Origin: an uncultured delta proteobacterium
GTDB lineage: Bacteria > Desulfobacterota > Binatia > UBA9968
Reading direction: 5' to 3'
NCBI GenBank assembly: GCA_963728565.1
Contig: CAVSLC010000019.1
Coordinates: 188,334 to 252,333, forward strand
Length of the DNA: 64,000 nt
The translations under genes and the position numbers were made by a program. The notes below the pieces were generated by a model. That model was not told where the DNA came from. It saw only the letters and a program-made list of their open reading frames with translations, and did no database searches. Positions 41,677 to 51,474 of the stretch are shown here, piece after piece. Numbering within the stretch: the stretch's first letter is position 1; each line of letters starts with the position of its first letter.

Positions 41677-42540
41677 ATGGCTGTTATTTTTCGCAAGATG
41701 GTGGTGGCTGGTGTCGGACTGATCTGCGGGTCGTTGGCTCTGGACATGCGCCGGCACAAATTGGTGGACGAAATTATCGGTTACGGGCGAAGCGAAGTCG
41801 GTCTGCGCTGGGCTAAGAAGCAGGGGATTATCGACAGCTATTTTTTGCGCGAAGACGAGATGCCCGAGGACGTGAATTTTTTGATGATAGGCACACCGGT
41901 GCAGACCAGCGTCCCGCTAACGGCGGCTTTTCTTCCCAGGTTGAAAGCCGGTTGCGTGATCAGCGATGTCGGCAGTGTCAAAGCCGAGATCGTTCGAGGC
42001 ATGGACCGGTTGCTGCCGAAAAATATCCGGTTTGTTCCCGGCCATCCGATCGCCGGCAGCGAACAGTGGGGCGCGCGGGCGGCCAAGCCGGACTTGTTCC
42101 TGGGTCGCCGGACGATTCTGACACCAACCAGAAAAACCGATAAGGCGGCGTTGAAAAAAGTTGCGATGGTCTGGCGCAAGGTCGGCGCCAAAGTCGAGCT
42201 TATGGATCCGGAAGTTCACGATCGCGTGCTCGGATTGATCAGTCATTTGCCCCACGTTCTGGTCTATGCTCTGGTGAATGCGCTCGAACATTCGCCAGTG
42301 CCTGGTGTCGATCTGAAGTCCTATTGCGCCGGTGGATTCAAAGATTTTACCCGTATCGCTTCAAGCCGGCCGGAGTTGTGGCGCGACATCTGTTTGATGA
42401 ACCGACAGGCTGTGGGCCAATCGCTTGACGACTATATCAACAGTTTGAAGCAGCTGAGGCGTTGGATCGCCGAAGGTAAAGGGGCTTTTTTGGAGAAAGA
42501 GTTTGCCCGCGCCAATGAGATTCGGCAAAAGATCGCCTGA
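41677..42540 (+). CDS. tyrA: Prephenate/arogenate dehydrogenase
   Basis: GVGLICGS, DVGSVK, HPIAGSE, SHLPH and TRIASS.P.LW. Confidence 0.93.
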   Translation: MAVIFRKMVVAGVGLICGSLALDMRRHKLVDEIIGYGRSEVGLRWAKKQGIIDSYFLREDEMPEDVNFLMIGTPVQTSVPLTAAFLPRLKAGCVISDVGSVKAEIVRGMDRLLPKNIRFVPGHPIAGSEQWGARAAKPDLFLGRRTILTPTRKTDKAALKKVAMVWRKVGAKVELMDPEVHDRVLGLISHLPHVLVYALVNALEHSPVPGVDLKSYCAGGFKDFTRIASSRPELWRDICLMNRQAVGQSLDDYINSLKQLRRWIAEGKGAFLEKEFARANEIRQKIA

Positions 42541-42543
42541 CGT

Positions 42544-43839
42544 TTGGTGGAAATGAAACGGGTCCTGCAAAGCAAAAAACCGCTACACGGGGAAATCTCC
42601 GTTCCTGGCGATAAGTCGATCGGGCATCGCGCCGTGATCTTTGGCAGTATCGCCCAGGGTTCAAGTCGGATCAGCAATCTTTCCGGCGGCGAGGATAACC
42701 AGCGCACGGTCCAAGCATTCAAGGATCTGGGTGTGAAGATCTCAAGCGACGGCGAAACGTTACATATCGACGGCATCGGCTGGGAAGGACTTACGGCGCC
42801 GAAGACTACTATTGATTGCGGTAACTCAGGTACGACGATGCGTTTGCTTTCCGGGGTTTTGGCGGGCCGTCCGTTTACCACGATCCTTGACGGCGATCAG
42901 TCGCTGCGACGGCGACCGATGCAAAGGATAATCGAGCCGCTGAGCCGTATGGGCGCCAACCTCGTCGGCCAGGAAGGCAGAGGATTGGCGCCGCTAGAGA
43001 TTAACGGAGGCAATCTTAAAGGCATCGAATATTCGATGCCGATTGCCAGCGCGCAGGTGAAATCCGCTATCTTGCTGGCCGGTCTTCAGGCCGAGGGAGT
43101 GACGATCATCGAAGAGCCGCAAAACTCGCGCAACCATACCGAATTGATGATTAAAGGCTTTGGCGGTGAAGTAGGGTTGGATGGGCGGCACGTTTCGGTT
43201 CAGGGAGGCCAAACCCTTCATGGAAAAGACGTGCGCATCCCTGGCGACATATCCTCGGCGGCATTCTTCCTGGTGGCCGCTGCCCTGATACCGGCATCGC
43301 GAATTGTCGTGCGCCGCGTCGGTGTCAATCCGACCAGGGATGGTGTTATCGAGATACTTCGGCGCATGGGAGCGGAGATAGAACTGCTGAACGCCACGAT
43401 CGAGACTGGTGAGCCGGTCGCCGATCTAAAGGTAATCGGCAACAGGCTCAAGGGTGTCGAGATCGGGGCGGAATTAGTGGCGCGCACCATCGATGAATAT
43501 CCGGTTCTTGCGATTGCCGCGGCTCTGGCGGAAGGTGACACAGTGATCAGCGGTGTCAAGGAGCTTCGCTTCAAAGAGTCAGATCGCATTTCGGCGATGA
43601 GCGAAGGATTGCGCAGGCTTGGCGTGGACGTGGACGAACGCGAAGACGGCCTGACTATACGCGGCCGCAAAACACTCCAGGGGAATAAAGTGCGCAGCTT
43701 TGGCGATCATCGGATCGCTATGTCACTGGCCATCGCCGGGCTTTGCGCCGAAGGCGGGGTGGAAATTGACGATGCCCAATGCGTCGCTATATCGTTCCCG
43801 ACGTTCTTCGATTTGCTCGATGAGATTTGTTTGCCATAG
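42544..43839 (+). CDS. aroA: EPSP synthase (exact start uncertain, 42544-42553)
   Basis: PGDKSIGHR, CGNSGTT, SAQVKSA, KESDRI and DHRIAM. Confidence 0.96.
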   Translation: MVEMKRVLQSKKPLHGEISVPGDKSIGHRAVIFGSIAQGSSRISNLSGGEDNQRTVQAFKDLGVKISSDGETLHIDGIGWEGLTAPKTTIDCGNSGTTMRLLSGVLAGRPFTTILDGDQSLRRRPMQRIIEPLSRMGANLVGQEGRGLAPLEINGGNLKGIEYSMPIASAQVKSAILLAGLQAEGVTIIEEPQNSRNHTELMIKGFGGEVGLDGRHVSVQGGQTLHGKDVRIPGDISSAAFFLVAAALIPASRIVVRRVGVNPTRDGVIEILRRMGAEIELLNATIETGEPVADLKVIGNRLKGVEIGAELVARTIDEYPVLAIAAALAEGDTVISGVKELRFKESDRISAMSEGLRRLGVDVDEREDGLTIRGRKTLQGNKVRSFGDHRIAMSLAIAGLCAEGGVEIDDAQCVAISFPTFFDLLDEICLP

Positions 43840-43875
43840 CGGTTCGTTAGCGGTAGTAGGTCAAGTGGGGCGTAA

Positions 43876-44568
43876 ATGATTGTAGCGATCGATGGTCCTT
43901 CCGGCGCGGGAAAAAGCACCTTGGCAAAACGTGTCGCCAAGGAGTTACGCTTTACCTACCTCGATACCGGCGCCATTTACCGAGCGCTCGCCTTGAAGAT
44001 ATTGAGCCGGCGCGTTGATCTAAATGACACCGCAGCCCTGAGTGCTATAGTACAGAATAGCGACATCGATCTTCGAGGTAGAGATGGTCAGCTCCAGGTG
44101 ATTCTCGACGGCGAGGATGTGTCGGCATTGATTCGAACTCCTGAAGTTAGTCAGATGGCATCCAAAGCGTCTGCGATTCCGATGGTTCGTCACCGGCTCT
44201 TGGATCTCCAGCGCGAACTCGGAAGCCGCGGCAATGTCGTGGCGGAAGGTCGGGATATCGGTACTGTCGTCTTTCCGGACGCGCAAGTGAAGATCTATCT
44301 TGATGCATCCATCGAGGAGAGGGCCCGGCGCCGTTGCCATGAATTGAGCGCGGCGGGTCGAGAGGTGAGCCTTGCCGAAACCATCGGCGAGATGAAGGAG
44401 CGAGACAAAAGGGACAGCGAACGTGACATCGCGCCTTTACGCAAAGCCGACGACGCTTTTGCGATTGACTCCTCGGGACTGACTGCGGATGGGGTGGCCG
44501 AAAAGGTCTTGCAACTAATTAAAAGTGAGTCTTCAAAATTAAAAAACGATCGGAGTTTGGGTATATGA
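43876..44568 (+). CDS. cmk: Cytidylate kinase
   Basis: AIDGPSGAGKS, DTGAIYR and EGRDIGTVVFP. Confidence 0.96.
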   Translation: MIVAIDGPSGAGKSTLAKRVAKELRFTYLDTGAIYRALALKILSRRVDLNDTAALSAIVQNSDIDLRGRDGQLQVILDGEDVSALIRTPEVSQMASKASAIPMVRHRLLDLQRELGSRGNVVAEGRDIGTVVFPDAQVKIYLDASIEERARRRCHELSAAGREVSLAETIGEMKERDKRDSERDIAPLRKADDAFAIDSSGLTADGVAEKVLQLIKSESSKLKNDRSLGI

Positions 44569-46319
44569 TTCAGAGTGATGAAGGAAAAAGTAGCGCCGCG
44601 GCGGGAGGCGCTAATGATTTCGAAGCCATGTTCGAGGAGAGCCTGCGGTCTGTCAAACCCGGCGGTATCGTCAAAGGGATGGTCGTGGGAATCACGGCGA
44701 CGCACGTGCTAATCGACGTGGGCTACAAATCCGAAGGGCAAATTCCGATCCATGAGTTCCAGAATCGCCAGGGCGATCTAGAGGTAAAAGTCGGCGAGGA
44801 GGTCGATGTCTACTTCGACTCTTCGGAGAACGAGGGCGGCGGCATCAATTTGTCGCGGCAACGGGCCCAGAGCATGAAGGTCTGGGAAGTCATCGAAAAA
44901 GCATTTAACGATGGTACGCCTGTCCAAGGAACTATTACCGGCAAGGTCAAAGGCGGATTCAAAGTCGACGTCGGCGGAGTCATGGGATTCCTGCCAGGGT
45001 CGCATGTCGATATCCGGCCGACGCGCAATTTGGACAAATTCCTCGGCACAAAGGACTCCTTTGCCGTGCTCAAGTTCAACCGGCCGCGAGGAAACGTCGT
45101 GCTCTCCCGGCGGGCGCTGTTAGAGAAGGAACGAGACGTTCTCAAGCAGGAAGTGCTAAAGGTCCTCGAGGAGGGTGTCATTCTTGAAGGCACCGTCAAG
45201 AACATCACCGGCTATGGCGCGTTCGTCGATCTCGGCGGCATCGACGGTATCCTCCATATTAGCGATATGTCCTGGGGCCGTATCAGCCATCCCTCGGAAC
45301 TTCTTCAGGTCGGCCAGAAAGTGAACGTCGTTGTTCTGAAGTTTGATTCCGAAAAGGAACGTATTTCCCTGGGTATGAAGCAGTTGATGCCCGATCCCTG
45401 GCACAGCGTGGCGGAAAAGTTTCCGATTGGAATGCGCGTCCAGGGAAAAGTGATCAGCATCATGGACTACGGCGCTTTTGTCGAGCTGGAAAGCGGCATC
45501 GAAGGGTTGATCCATATTTCCGAGATGTCGTGGACGCGAAAGATCGCGCACCCGTCGAAGATTCTTCAGGTTGGGCAGCCGGTTGAAGTCGTCATTCTTA
45601 ATGTCGATCCGGAACACCGGCGGATTTCATTAGGTTTGAAGCAGGTGATGCCGAATCCCTGGGAAGAGGCGAAACAAAAATATCCGGTTGGCAGCGTGGT
45701 CAAGGGACCGGTGCGGAATATTACCGATTTCGGTATTTTCGTCGGCATTGAGGAGGGAATCGACGGTCTGGTTCACGTTTCGGATTTGCACTGGACGAAG
45801 AAGGTCAAGCATCCATCCGAGCTATTTAAAAAGGGCGACATGGTTGAAGCCAAAGTGTTGGGCGTCAACGTCGAGAACGAGAGATTCTCCCTTGGCATCA
45901 AGCAACTGGCCACCGACCCGTGGAAAGTTATCGCCGAGCGCTTCCCTGTTGGCACGAGAGTGAAGGGGCAGGTCACGAGTGTTCCCGAATTTGGCGTGTT
46001 CGTCCGACTCGACGAAGGTGTGGAAGGTTTGATCCATGTGTCGCAGCTGAGCACCGAACGCGTCGAAAAGCCATCGGCCTTGTATAAAGTTGGCGATGAG
46101 GTCGAGGCCGAGGTTGTCAATATCGATCTGACGGAACGAAAGATTGGCCTCAGCATCCGCGCCTTGCGCAAGAGCGAAGAGCGCCAGGAGATGGAAAGCT
46201 ATCTCACCCGCGACAAACAAGGCGGAATGTTTTCTTTCAATACCCTGCTGAATGAAGAGTTGCGACTTGACCGGGATGAAGAGGGGCAGGGACGCAACAA
46301 GGGCAAAAGTAACTCATAA
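44565..46319 (+). CDS. rpsA: 30S ribosomal protein S1
   Basis: Six S1 repeats (e.g. GAFVDLGGIDGILHISD). It follows cmk. Confidence 0.97.
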   Translation: MIQSDEGKSSAAAGGANDFEAMFEESLRSVKPGGIVKGMVVGITATHVLIDVGYKSEGQIPIHEFQNRQGDLEVKVGEEVDVYFDSSENEGGGINLSRQRAQSMKVWEVIEKAFNDGTPVQGTITGKVKGGFKVDVGGVMGFLPGSHVDIRPTRNLDKFLGTKDSFAVLKFNRPRGNVVLSRRALLEKERDVLKQEVLKVLEEGVILEGTVKNITGYGAFVDLGGIDGILHISDMSWGRISHPSELLQVGQKVNVVVLKFDSEKERISLGMKQLMPDPWHSVAEKFPIGMRVQGKVISIMDYGAFVELESGIEGLIHISEMSWTRKIAHPSKILQVGQPVEVVILNVDPEHRRISLGLKQVMPNPWEEAKQKYPVGSVVKGPVRNITDFGIFVGIEEGIDGLVHVSDLHWTKKVKHPSELFKKGDMVEAKVLGVNVENERFSLGIKQLATDPWKVIAERFPVGTRVKGQVTSVPEFGVFVRLDEGVEGLIHVSQLSTERVEKPSALYKVGDEVEAEVVNIDLTERKIGLSIRALRKSEERQEMESYLTRDKQGGMFSFNTLLNEELRLDRDEEGQGRNKGKSNS

Positions 46320-46343
46320 GAATTAGGAGCACAGTCGGCAAAA

Positions 46344-47243
46344 ATGGCAAAAAAGCATCCGATCCTCAAAGGCTTGGGTCTGCTTACGGGTTTTGTCCTG
46401 GTGGTCTTTGCGGTCGCCTTTTTTTACGCTTATCTCACCGGCGGCGACGCCAAGGCTTTGTCGCTTCTCGCTGGCGACGGTGTCGGCATTCTACAGGTTG
46501 AGGGGACGATCAACGATTCACGGGACGTTCTGACAGAGCTGCGGCGATTTCGTGAAGCACCGTGGATCAAAGCGATCGTGCTGCGCATCGATTCTCCGGG
46601 CGGCGCCGTGGCGCCAACGCAGGAAATTTTCGATGAGCTGCAAAAGGTACGAAGCAAAAAACCTTTGATCGCCTCCATGGGTGGAATGGCGACCTCGGGA
46701 GGCTACTACATCGCCAGCGCCTGTGAGAAAATCGTCGCCAACCCGGGAACCATGACCGGCTCGATCGGCGTGATTATGCAGCTCAACAATATTGAAGAGC
46801 TGATGAAGAAGGTCGGTGTAAAGGGACAGAACATCAAAAGCGGCGCCAATAAAGATATCGGCTCGCCCTTTCAAGCTCTTTCTCCTGAAGGACAGGCTAT
46901 TTTGCAGTCGCTTGTCGACAACGTTCACGGCCAATTTGTCAGCGCCGTGGCTACCGGAAGAGGCATGGACGAGGCTGTCGTCAAGAAGCTTGCCGATGGC
47001 CGGGTGTATTCCGGAGCTCAGGCGAGAGATCTCGGCTTGGTGGATGAATTGGGTAATTTGGAGTATGCAGTGGATCTGGCGGCGAAGCGGGTTGGACTGG
47101 AAGAGAGTCCGGTCGTTTACTACTCACGATTGGAGCAGGAACGCTGGTGGGGCAGATTATTTTTTTCCCTGACTGGTATTCAGTGGTCCGGTAGCGACAA
47201 ACCGGGACTTCGCTACGAGTGGTCGTTGTCGCTGCTACGCTGA
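46344..47243 (+). CDS. sppA: Signal peptide peptidase SppA (36K type)
   Basis: RIDSPGG, ATSGGYY and TGSIGV. Confidence 0.92.
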   Translation: MAKKHPILKGLGLLTGFVLVVFAVAFFYAYLTGGDAKALSLLAGDGVGILQVEGTINDSRDVLTELRRFREAPWIKAIVLRIDSPGGAVAPTQEIFDELQKVRSKKPLIASMGGMATSGGYYIASACEKIVANPGTMTGSIGVIMQLNNIEELMKKVGVKGQNIKSGANKDIGSPFQALSPEGQAILQSLVDNVHGQFVSAVATGRGMDEAVVKKLADGRVYSGAQARDLGLVDELGNLEYAVDLAAKRVGLEESPVVYYSRLEQERWWGRLFFSLTGIQWSGSDKPGLRYEWSLSLLR

Positions 47244-47302
47244 GCCATGCAGCCGCCGCTGTTCCAGCCAAGAGATTTTTGTTAGGTCGCGAGGGGAGCG
47301 TT

Positions 47303-47617
47303 ATGACGAAAAGGGACTTGATAGACGAGGTCAACAAACGGTTTCCGCATCTTTCCCGAAGAGATTCGGAAGTCATCATCAACGCCATCTTCGATTCGAT
47401 GGTCGAAGCTCTCGCCCAAGGTGATCGGATCGAGATCCGCGGCTTTGGCAGCTTTGTCGTAAAGCATCGGCGGGCTCGTCAGGGGCGCAATCCCAAAAGC
47501 GGCGTATTGGTATCGGTGGCGGCAAAACGAGTTCCATTTTTCAAAGTCGGCAAGGAATTGCGCTTTAGAGTCGATGGAAAACCCTTCGAGGGAGAAGAAG
47601 AGGAAGCTACTACATGA
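47303..47617 (+). CDS. ihfB: Integration host factor subunit beta
   Basis: MTKRDLI, IEIRGFGSF, GRNPKSG and PFFKVGKELR. rpsA-sppA-ihfB synteny. Confidence 0.9.
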   Translation: MTKRDLIDEVNKRFPHLSRRDSEVIINAIFDSMVEALAQGDRIEIRGFGSFVVKHRRARQGRNPKSGVLVSVAAKRVPFFKVGKELRFRVDGKPFEGEEEEATT

Positions 47618-48132
47618 AGCAGCTCTGGGCTCCTTGGAGAATGGTCTATATCGACCACGACTCCATCGACACAGGCTGCGTATTTTGTAATCGGAACCGC
47701 GGGGTGGAAGAAAGCCGCCAGGCTCTTGTCCTGGCGCGCACTACGCACAGCATGGTGATGCTCAACAAGTACCCCTATAACAATGGCCATCTTCTTTTAT
47801 CTCCTCAGCAGCACGAGAAGGATTTGTCCAAACTGTCGGTCTCGGAACATGCCGATCTTAACGAAGCGCTAAGACAAACGGTCGACATCGTTCGGCGTGT
47901 GCTGAATCCTTCCGGAATAAATCTAGGCATGAACCTGGGAAAATGCGCCGGTGCGGGGATCGAGGATCATCTTCATTGGCATATCGTGCCGCGCTGGGAG
48001 GGCGATACCAACTTCATGCCGGTGATTGCCGACACCCGGGTGATGCCCCAGCATCTGTTGGACAGTTACGATCGTCTAGCGCCGCATTTTCAGAATTTTC
48101 ATCGTGAGGTGTCCCAAAACGCCCGTGGGTAG
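47614..48132 (+). CDS. HIT family hydrolase
   Basis: LWAPWR, CVFC, NKYPYNNGH and HLHWHIVPRW. Confidence 0.92.
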   Translation: MKQLWAPWRMVYIDHDSIDTGCVFCNRNRGVEESRQALVLARTTHSMVMLNKYPYNNGHLLLSPQQHEKDLSKLSVSEHADLNEALRQTVDIVRRVLNPSGINLGMNLGKCAGAGIEDHLHWHIVPRWEGDTNFMPVIADTRVMPQHLLDSYDRLAPHFQNFHREVSQNARG

Positions 48133-48229
48133 TGTAGGCTGCTAATCAGGACAGCTCACTCAAATCCGATTACAGCAATACTTCGACGCATTCATCACTT
48201 ATTATTTGCTAAAAGGGAGGCCGGTCAAC

Positions 48230-49627
48230 GTGAATGACGCGAAAACGATAGGAGAGCTTAAGAAAAGCGGTGTCGCGGTATTGCCGATTCGCGAGGAGAT
48301 GCGCAAGAATCTCGTCCATTGCCTCGAAACCGAAAAACGGATTCTGCCCGGGATTGTAGGCTACGACGAAACGGTCATTCCCGAAATAGAAAATGCCATT
48401 TTGTCGGGACATCATATGGTCTTCCTCGGAGAACGCGGACAGGGCAAGTCGCGCATCATTCGCGGTCTGATGAACCTGCTGGATGAACGCATTCCAATCA
48501 TTCAAGGCTGTGAAATCAACGACAATCCGTACCATCCGATTTGCCGTGGCTGTCGCAAAAAGCTTCAGGAGTTGGGCGATAACACGCCGATTCAGTGGAT
48601 CGATCGCGATACCCGATACGGCGAAAAATTGGCGACCCCCGATGTTTCCATTGCCGATCTGGTGGGTGAAATCGATCCTATCAAAGTGGCCGAAGGGCGT
48701 TATCTCGCCGATGAGGAAACGATTCACTATGGTCTCGTGCCTCGCACGAACCGCGGCATCTTCGCGATCAATGAATTGCCTGACCTTACCGAAAAAGTAC
48801 AGGTGGGTCTGTTTAACTTGATGGAAGAAAAAGACGTTCAGATAAAGGGTTACAAAATCCGGCTGCCCTTGGATGTGGTGATCGTCGCCAGCGCCAATCC
48901 GGAGGATTATACCAGCCGCGGCCGCATTATCACGCCGTTGAAGGACCGCTTTGACGTGCAGATTCGCACCCACTATCCCAAGAACATGGAGGACGAGCTG
49001 GCGATCATGGAGCAGGAAGCCGCGCCCATGGACCGGCGCAGCCGCAAGGTCGAGGTGCCGCGATTCATCAAAGAGATCTTGGGGCAATTGACCTTCGAAG
49101 CGCGCAAATCCAACGAGATCAATCAATCTTCCGGTGTCAGCGTGCGTGTCACTATTAATAATTTCGAAAGCCTGATCAGCAATGCCGAGAAGCGGGCGCT
49201 CAAGTGCAAAGAGAATGAAATCGTGCCCCGGGTTAGTGATTTGCATGCGGTGATGGCGTCAATGACCGGCAAGATTGAGATGGAGTATGTCGGCGAGGAC
49301 AAGAAGGAGGACGAGCTGGTCGAGAAGCTGCTCAATCGCTCCATTCTAAAAGTTTTTGATCAGTACTTCAGTCTCAATTCGCTGCAAAAAGTCGTGGAGT
49401 ATTTTAACTCCGGTTGGGGAGTTGAAGTTTCCGATCAAATGGCATCGCACGATTATCTCGAAGGCATCAAAGAAATTCCCGGATTGAAGGAAGCGGTGAA
49501 AACCCTTGGAACTCAGGAATCACCCAGCCTGATGGCCTCGGCCACGGAATTCGTCCTCGAGGGCCTCCATTTGCATCAAAAGTTAAACAAGGAGATTGAA
49601 GGCGGCAGGGTCACCTACGGCAAGTAA
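48230..49627 (+). CDS. Mg-chelatase-like AAA+ ATPase
   Basis: GERGQGKS, NELPDL and ASANPEDYT.RGRIITPLKDR. GGGAGG RBS before GTG 48230. Confidence 0.88.
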   Translation: MNDAKTIGELKKSGVAVLPIREEMRKNLVHCLETEKRILPGIVGYDETVIPEIENAILSGHHMVFLGERGQGKSRIIRGLMNLLDERIPIIQGCEINDNPYHPICRGCRKKLQELGDNTPIQWIDRDTRYGEKLATPDVSIADLVGEIDPIKVAEGRYLADEETIHYGLVPRTNRGIFAINELPDLTEKVQVGLFNLMEEKDVQIKGYKIRLPLDVVIVASANPEDYTSRGRIITPLKDRFDVQIRTHYPKNMEDELAIMEQEAAPMDRRSRKVEVPRFIKEILGQLTFEARKSNEINQSSGVSVRVTINNFESLISNAEKRALKCKENEIVPRVSDLHAVMASMTGKIEMEYVGEDKKEDELVEKLLNRSILKVFDQYFSLNSLQKVVEYFNSGWGVEVSDQMASHDYLEGIKEIPGLKEAVKTLGTQESPSLMASATEFVLEGLHLHQKLNKEIEGGRVTYGK

Positions 49628-49660
49628 TCTTCCGACCACTCCGTAAGCAGCCAGTCCATC

Positions 49661-51253
49661 ATGGTGCACATCCGCTATAGCCGATGGGATATTACCCAGC
49701 GTGACTCCCTGGATTCGGACGACGTGTTCGATCAGCTTAATGACAACATGAACGACACCGGCGACCTGCAGCAGGCAATGCGCCGGCTTATGCAGAAAGG
49801 GATCAAGCAGGGAGACAAACAGACCAAAGGCATCGATGATTTGCTGTCTCAGGTCGCCAAGGAAATGCGCAAGCTCTATGACCAGTATCGGCTGCAGTCC
49901 GCGATGGACGAAGTTCAGGAGCAATTAGAACAGGTGCTGGAGCAAGAGCAGCAGACCCTCGAAGATCTCGATCAGTCCGGACAAGACGTTAAGGCCAATC
50001 AGCAGTTCCTCAACGACCTGCCGAGCAAAACCAGCGAAGCGGTGGAAAAGTTAACCTCCTATTCTTTCCAGAATCCAGATGCTGAGAAACAATTCGAACA
50101 ATTGCTCGCCCAGCTGGATCAGATCCGCAAACTCGAAAATTGGTTACGGCGCGAAGGAAGTTTGTTTCGCGGCCAGACCCCGATGGAGTTCCAGCAGTCT
50201 CAGGAATTGATGGAACGTATGGAAGACTTGCGCCGACTCGAAGGGCAATTATCGAGCATGCAGCTCAAGGACGTCGACATGGAGCTTTTGGAGAAGCTTC
50301 TCGGCGGCGAACCCAAGCAGGATTTCGAGGGCGTGATGCGCATGCAGTCTCTGCTCGAGGAAGGCGGATATATTCTAGAGCAAGGAGATCGCTTTGAATT
50401 AACTCCGCGCGGCATCCGGCGCGTCGGCCAGTTAGCGCTGCGCGATATTTATCAGCAGCTGCGCCGCGATGGCATGGGCCGGCACGCTACCCGCAATCGT
50501 GGCAGCCAGGAGTTGATGACCGAAAATAGCCGCCCTTATGTTCAGGGGGACCCGCTCCATATCAACATGATTCATACTCTGAAAAATGCCTTGCTGCACG
50601 GCGGCGGTGTTCCGGTAAAGATTCGTCCGGGAGACTTTGCCGTATACGAGTCCGAGCACTCGACCCGCGCCGCCACGGTATTGCTTCTGGATATGAGCTG
50701 GTCGATGAGTTGGGAAGGGCGTTTTGCCGCGGCAAAAAAAGTCGCCCTGGCCATGGAGACTCTCGTGCGTTCAATGCATCCGCGGGATTACTTCGGGATT
50801 GTCGGTTTTTTTACGCGCGCCGTCGAATTGAAAGCCAAGGACTTGCCGCAAGCGACCTGGAATATGGGCGATCCGTTTACCAATCTTCAGGATGGATTGC
50901 ATCTGGCGTCGCAACTCTTGGAACGGAAGCCCAGCGTCAATCAGCAGATGATCGTTATCACCGACGGGCAACCGACCGCCTATTGCCGTCAAGGGCGGCT
51001 TTATTGCGAATGGCCACTAAGTTTTGGCGGCATCAGTCAACGCGCCGCGGAAGAGACCTTGAAAGAGGCCGAGCGCATCACCCGCAAAGGCATCACCATC
51101 AATACCTTCATGTTGGACGACAGCCCCGTGCTGCGCGGCTTCGTCGACGACCTCACCCGTATCAACAAGGGCCGCGCCTTTTACACTCGCCCCGATCGGC
51201 TCGGAGAATATCTCCTGGTCGATTATCTCTCGCATCAGCGGAAGAAAGTCTAA
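49661..51253 (+). CDS. VWA domain protein (AAA partner)
   Basis: RYSRWD N-terminus, helical middle, MIDAS DMSWSM and ITDGQPT. Confidence 0.88.
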   Translation: MVHIRYSRWDITQRDSLDSDDVFDQLNDNMNDTGDLQQAMRRLMQKGIKQGDKQTKGIDDLLSQVAKEMRKLYDQYRLQSAMDEVQEQLEQVLEQEQQTLEDLDQSGQDVKANQQFLNDLPSKTSEAVEKLTSYSFQNPDAEKQFEQLLAQLDQIRKLENWLRREGSLFRGQTPMEFQQSQELMERMEDLRRLEGQLSSMQLKDVDMELLEKLLGGEPKQDFEGVMRMQSLLEEGGYILEQGDRFELTPRGIRRVGQLALRDIYQQLRRDGMGRHATRNRGSQELMTENSRPYVQGDPLHINMIHTLKNALLHGGGVPVKIRPGDFAVYESEHSTRAATVLLLDMSWSMSWEGRFAAAKKVALAMETLVRSMHPRDYFGIVGFFTRAVELKAKDLPQATWNMGDPFTNLQDGLHLASQLLERKPSVNQQMIVITDGQPTAYCRQGRLYCEWPLSFGGISQRAAEETLKEAERITRKGITINTFMLDDSPVLRGFVDDLTRINKGRAFYTRPDRLGEYLLVDYLSHQRKKV

Positions 51254-51275
51254 CGCCGAGCGTTAGACTTTCTTT
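51242..51275 (+). terminator. Hairpin terminator overlapping the VWA gene stop codon
   Basis: 15-bp perfect stem AAGAAAGTCTAACGC-CGA-GCGTTAGACTTTCTT with a T-rich 3' side. Confidence 0.6.
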
Positions 51276-51406
51276 GTTCAAACCGTTCAAAAGTTCAACC
51301 GTTCAACGTCTGAGGCCTCAGCCCTTTTAAGCGTCAAGCTTCAGAGATGTTTGCACGGCGTTTTGGCCGGCGTCCCTTTCTGACCTTGAACCTTGAACTA
51401 TTGAAC
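51276..51406. repeat. GTTCAA/TTGAAC inverted repeat pair A (no gene inside)
   Basis: GTTCAA at 51276, 51285, 51293 and 51301. TTGAAC at 51386, 51393 and 51401. Confidence 0.8.
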
Positions 51407-51438
51407 CCGGCCGTTTCATTGTGAACCGGCCGCAGACC

Positions 51439-51467
51439 TTGACTACTGAAAATATATTCAGTATATC
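51439..51467 (+). promoter_or_regulatory. lexA promoter with putative LexA operator TACTGAA-N6-TTCAGTA (51444-51463)
   Basis: A palindrome with perfect 7-bp arms sits between TTGACT (-35, 51439) and TATATC (-10-like, 17-bp spacer), directly before lexA. Confidence 0.7.
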
Positions 51468-51474
51468 TGGCTTT

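Noticed and set aside
48209-49246. Long antisense ORFs (this 345-aa one, 11993-12904, 24203-24868 and similar)
   Set aside because: They are shadow frames opposite well-supported genes in GC-rich DNA.
51248-51268. GTCTAAC...GTTAGAC resembling attC R''/R' cores
   Set aside because: Only 7 nt separate the cores and there are no L boxes. It is better explained as a terminator hairpin.
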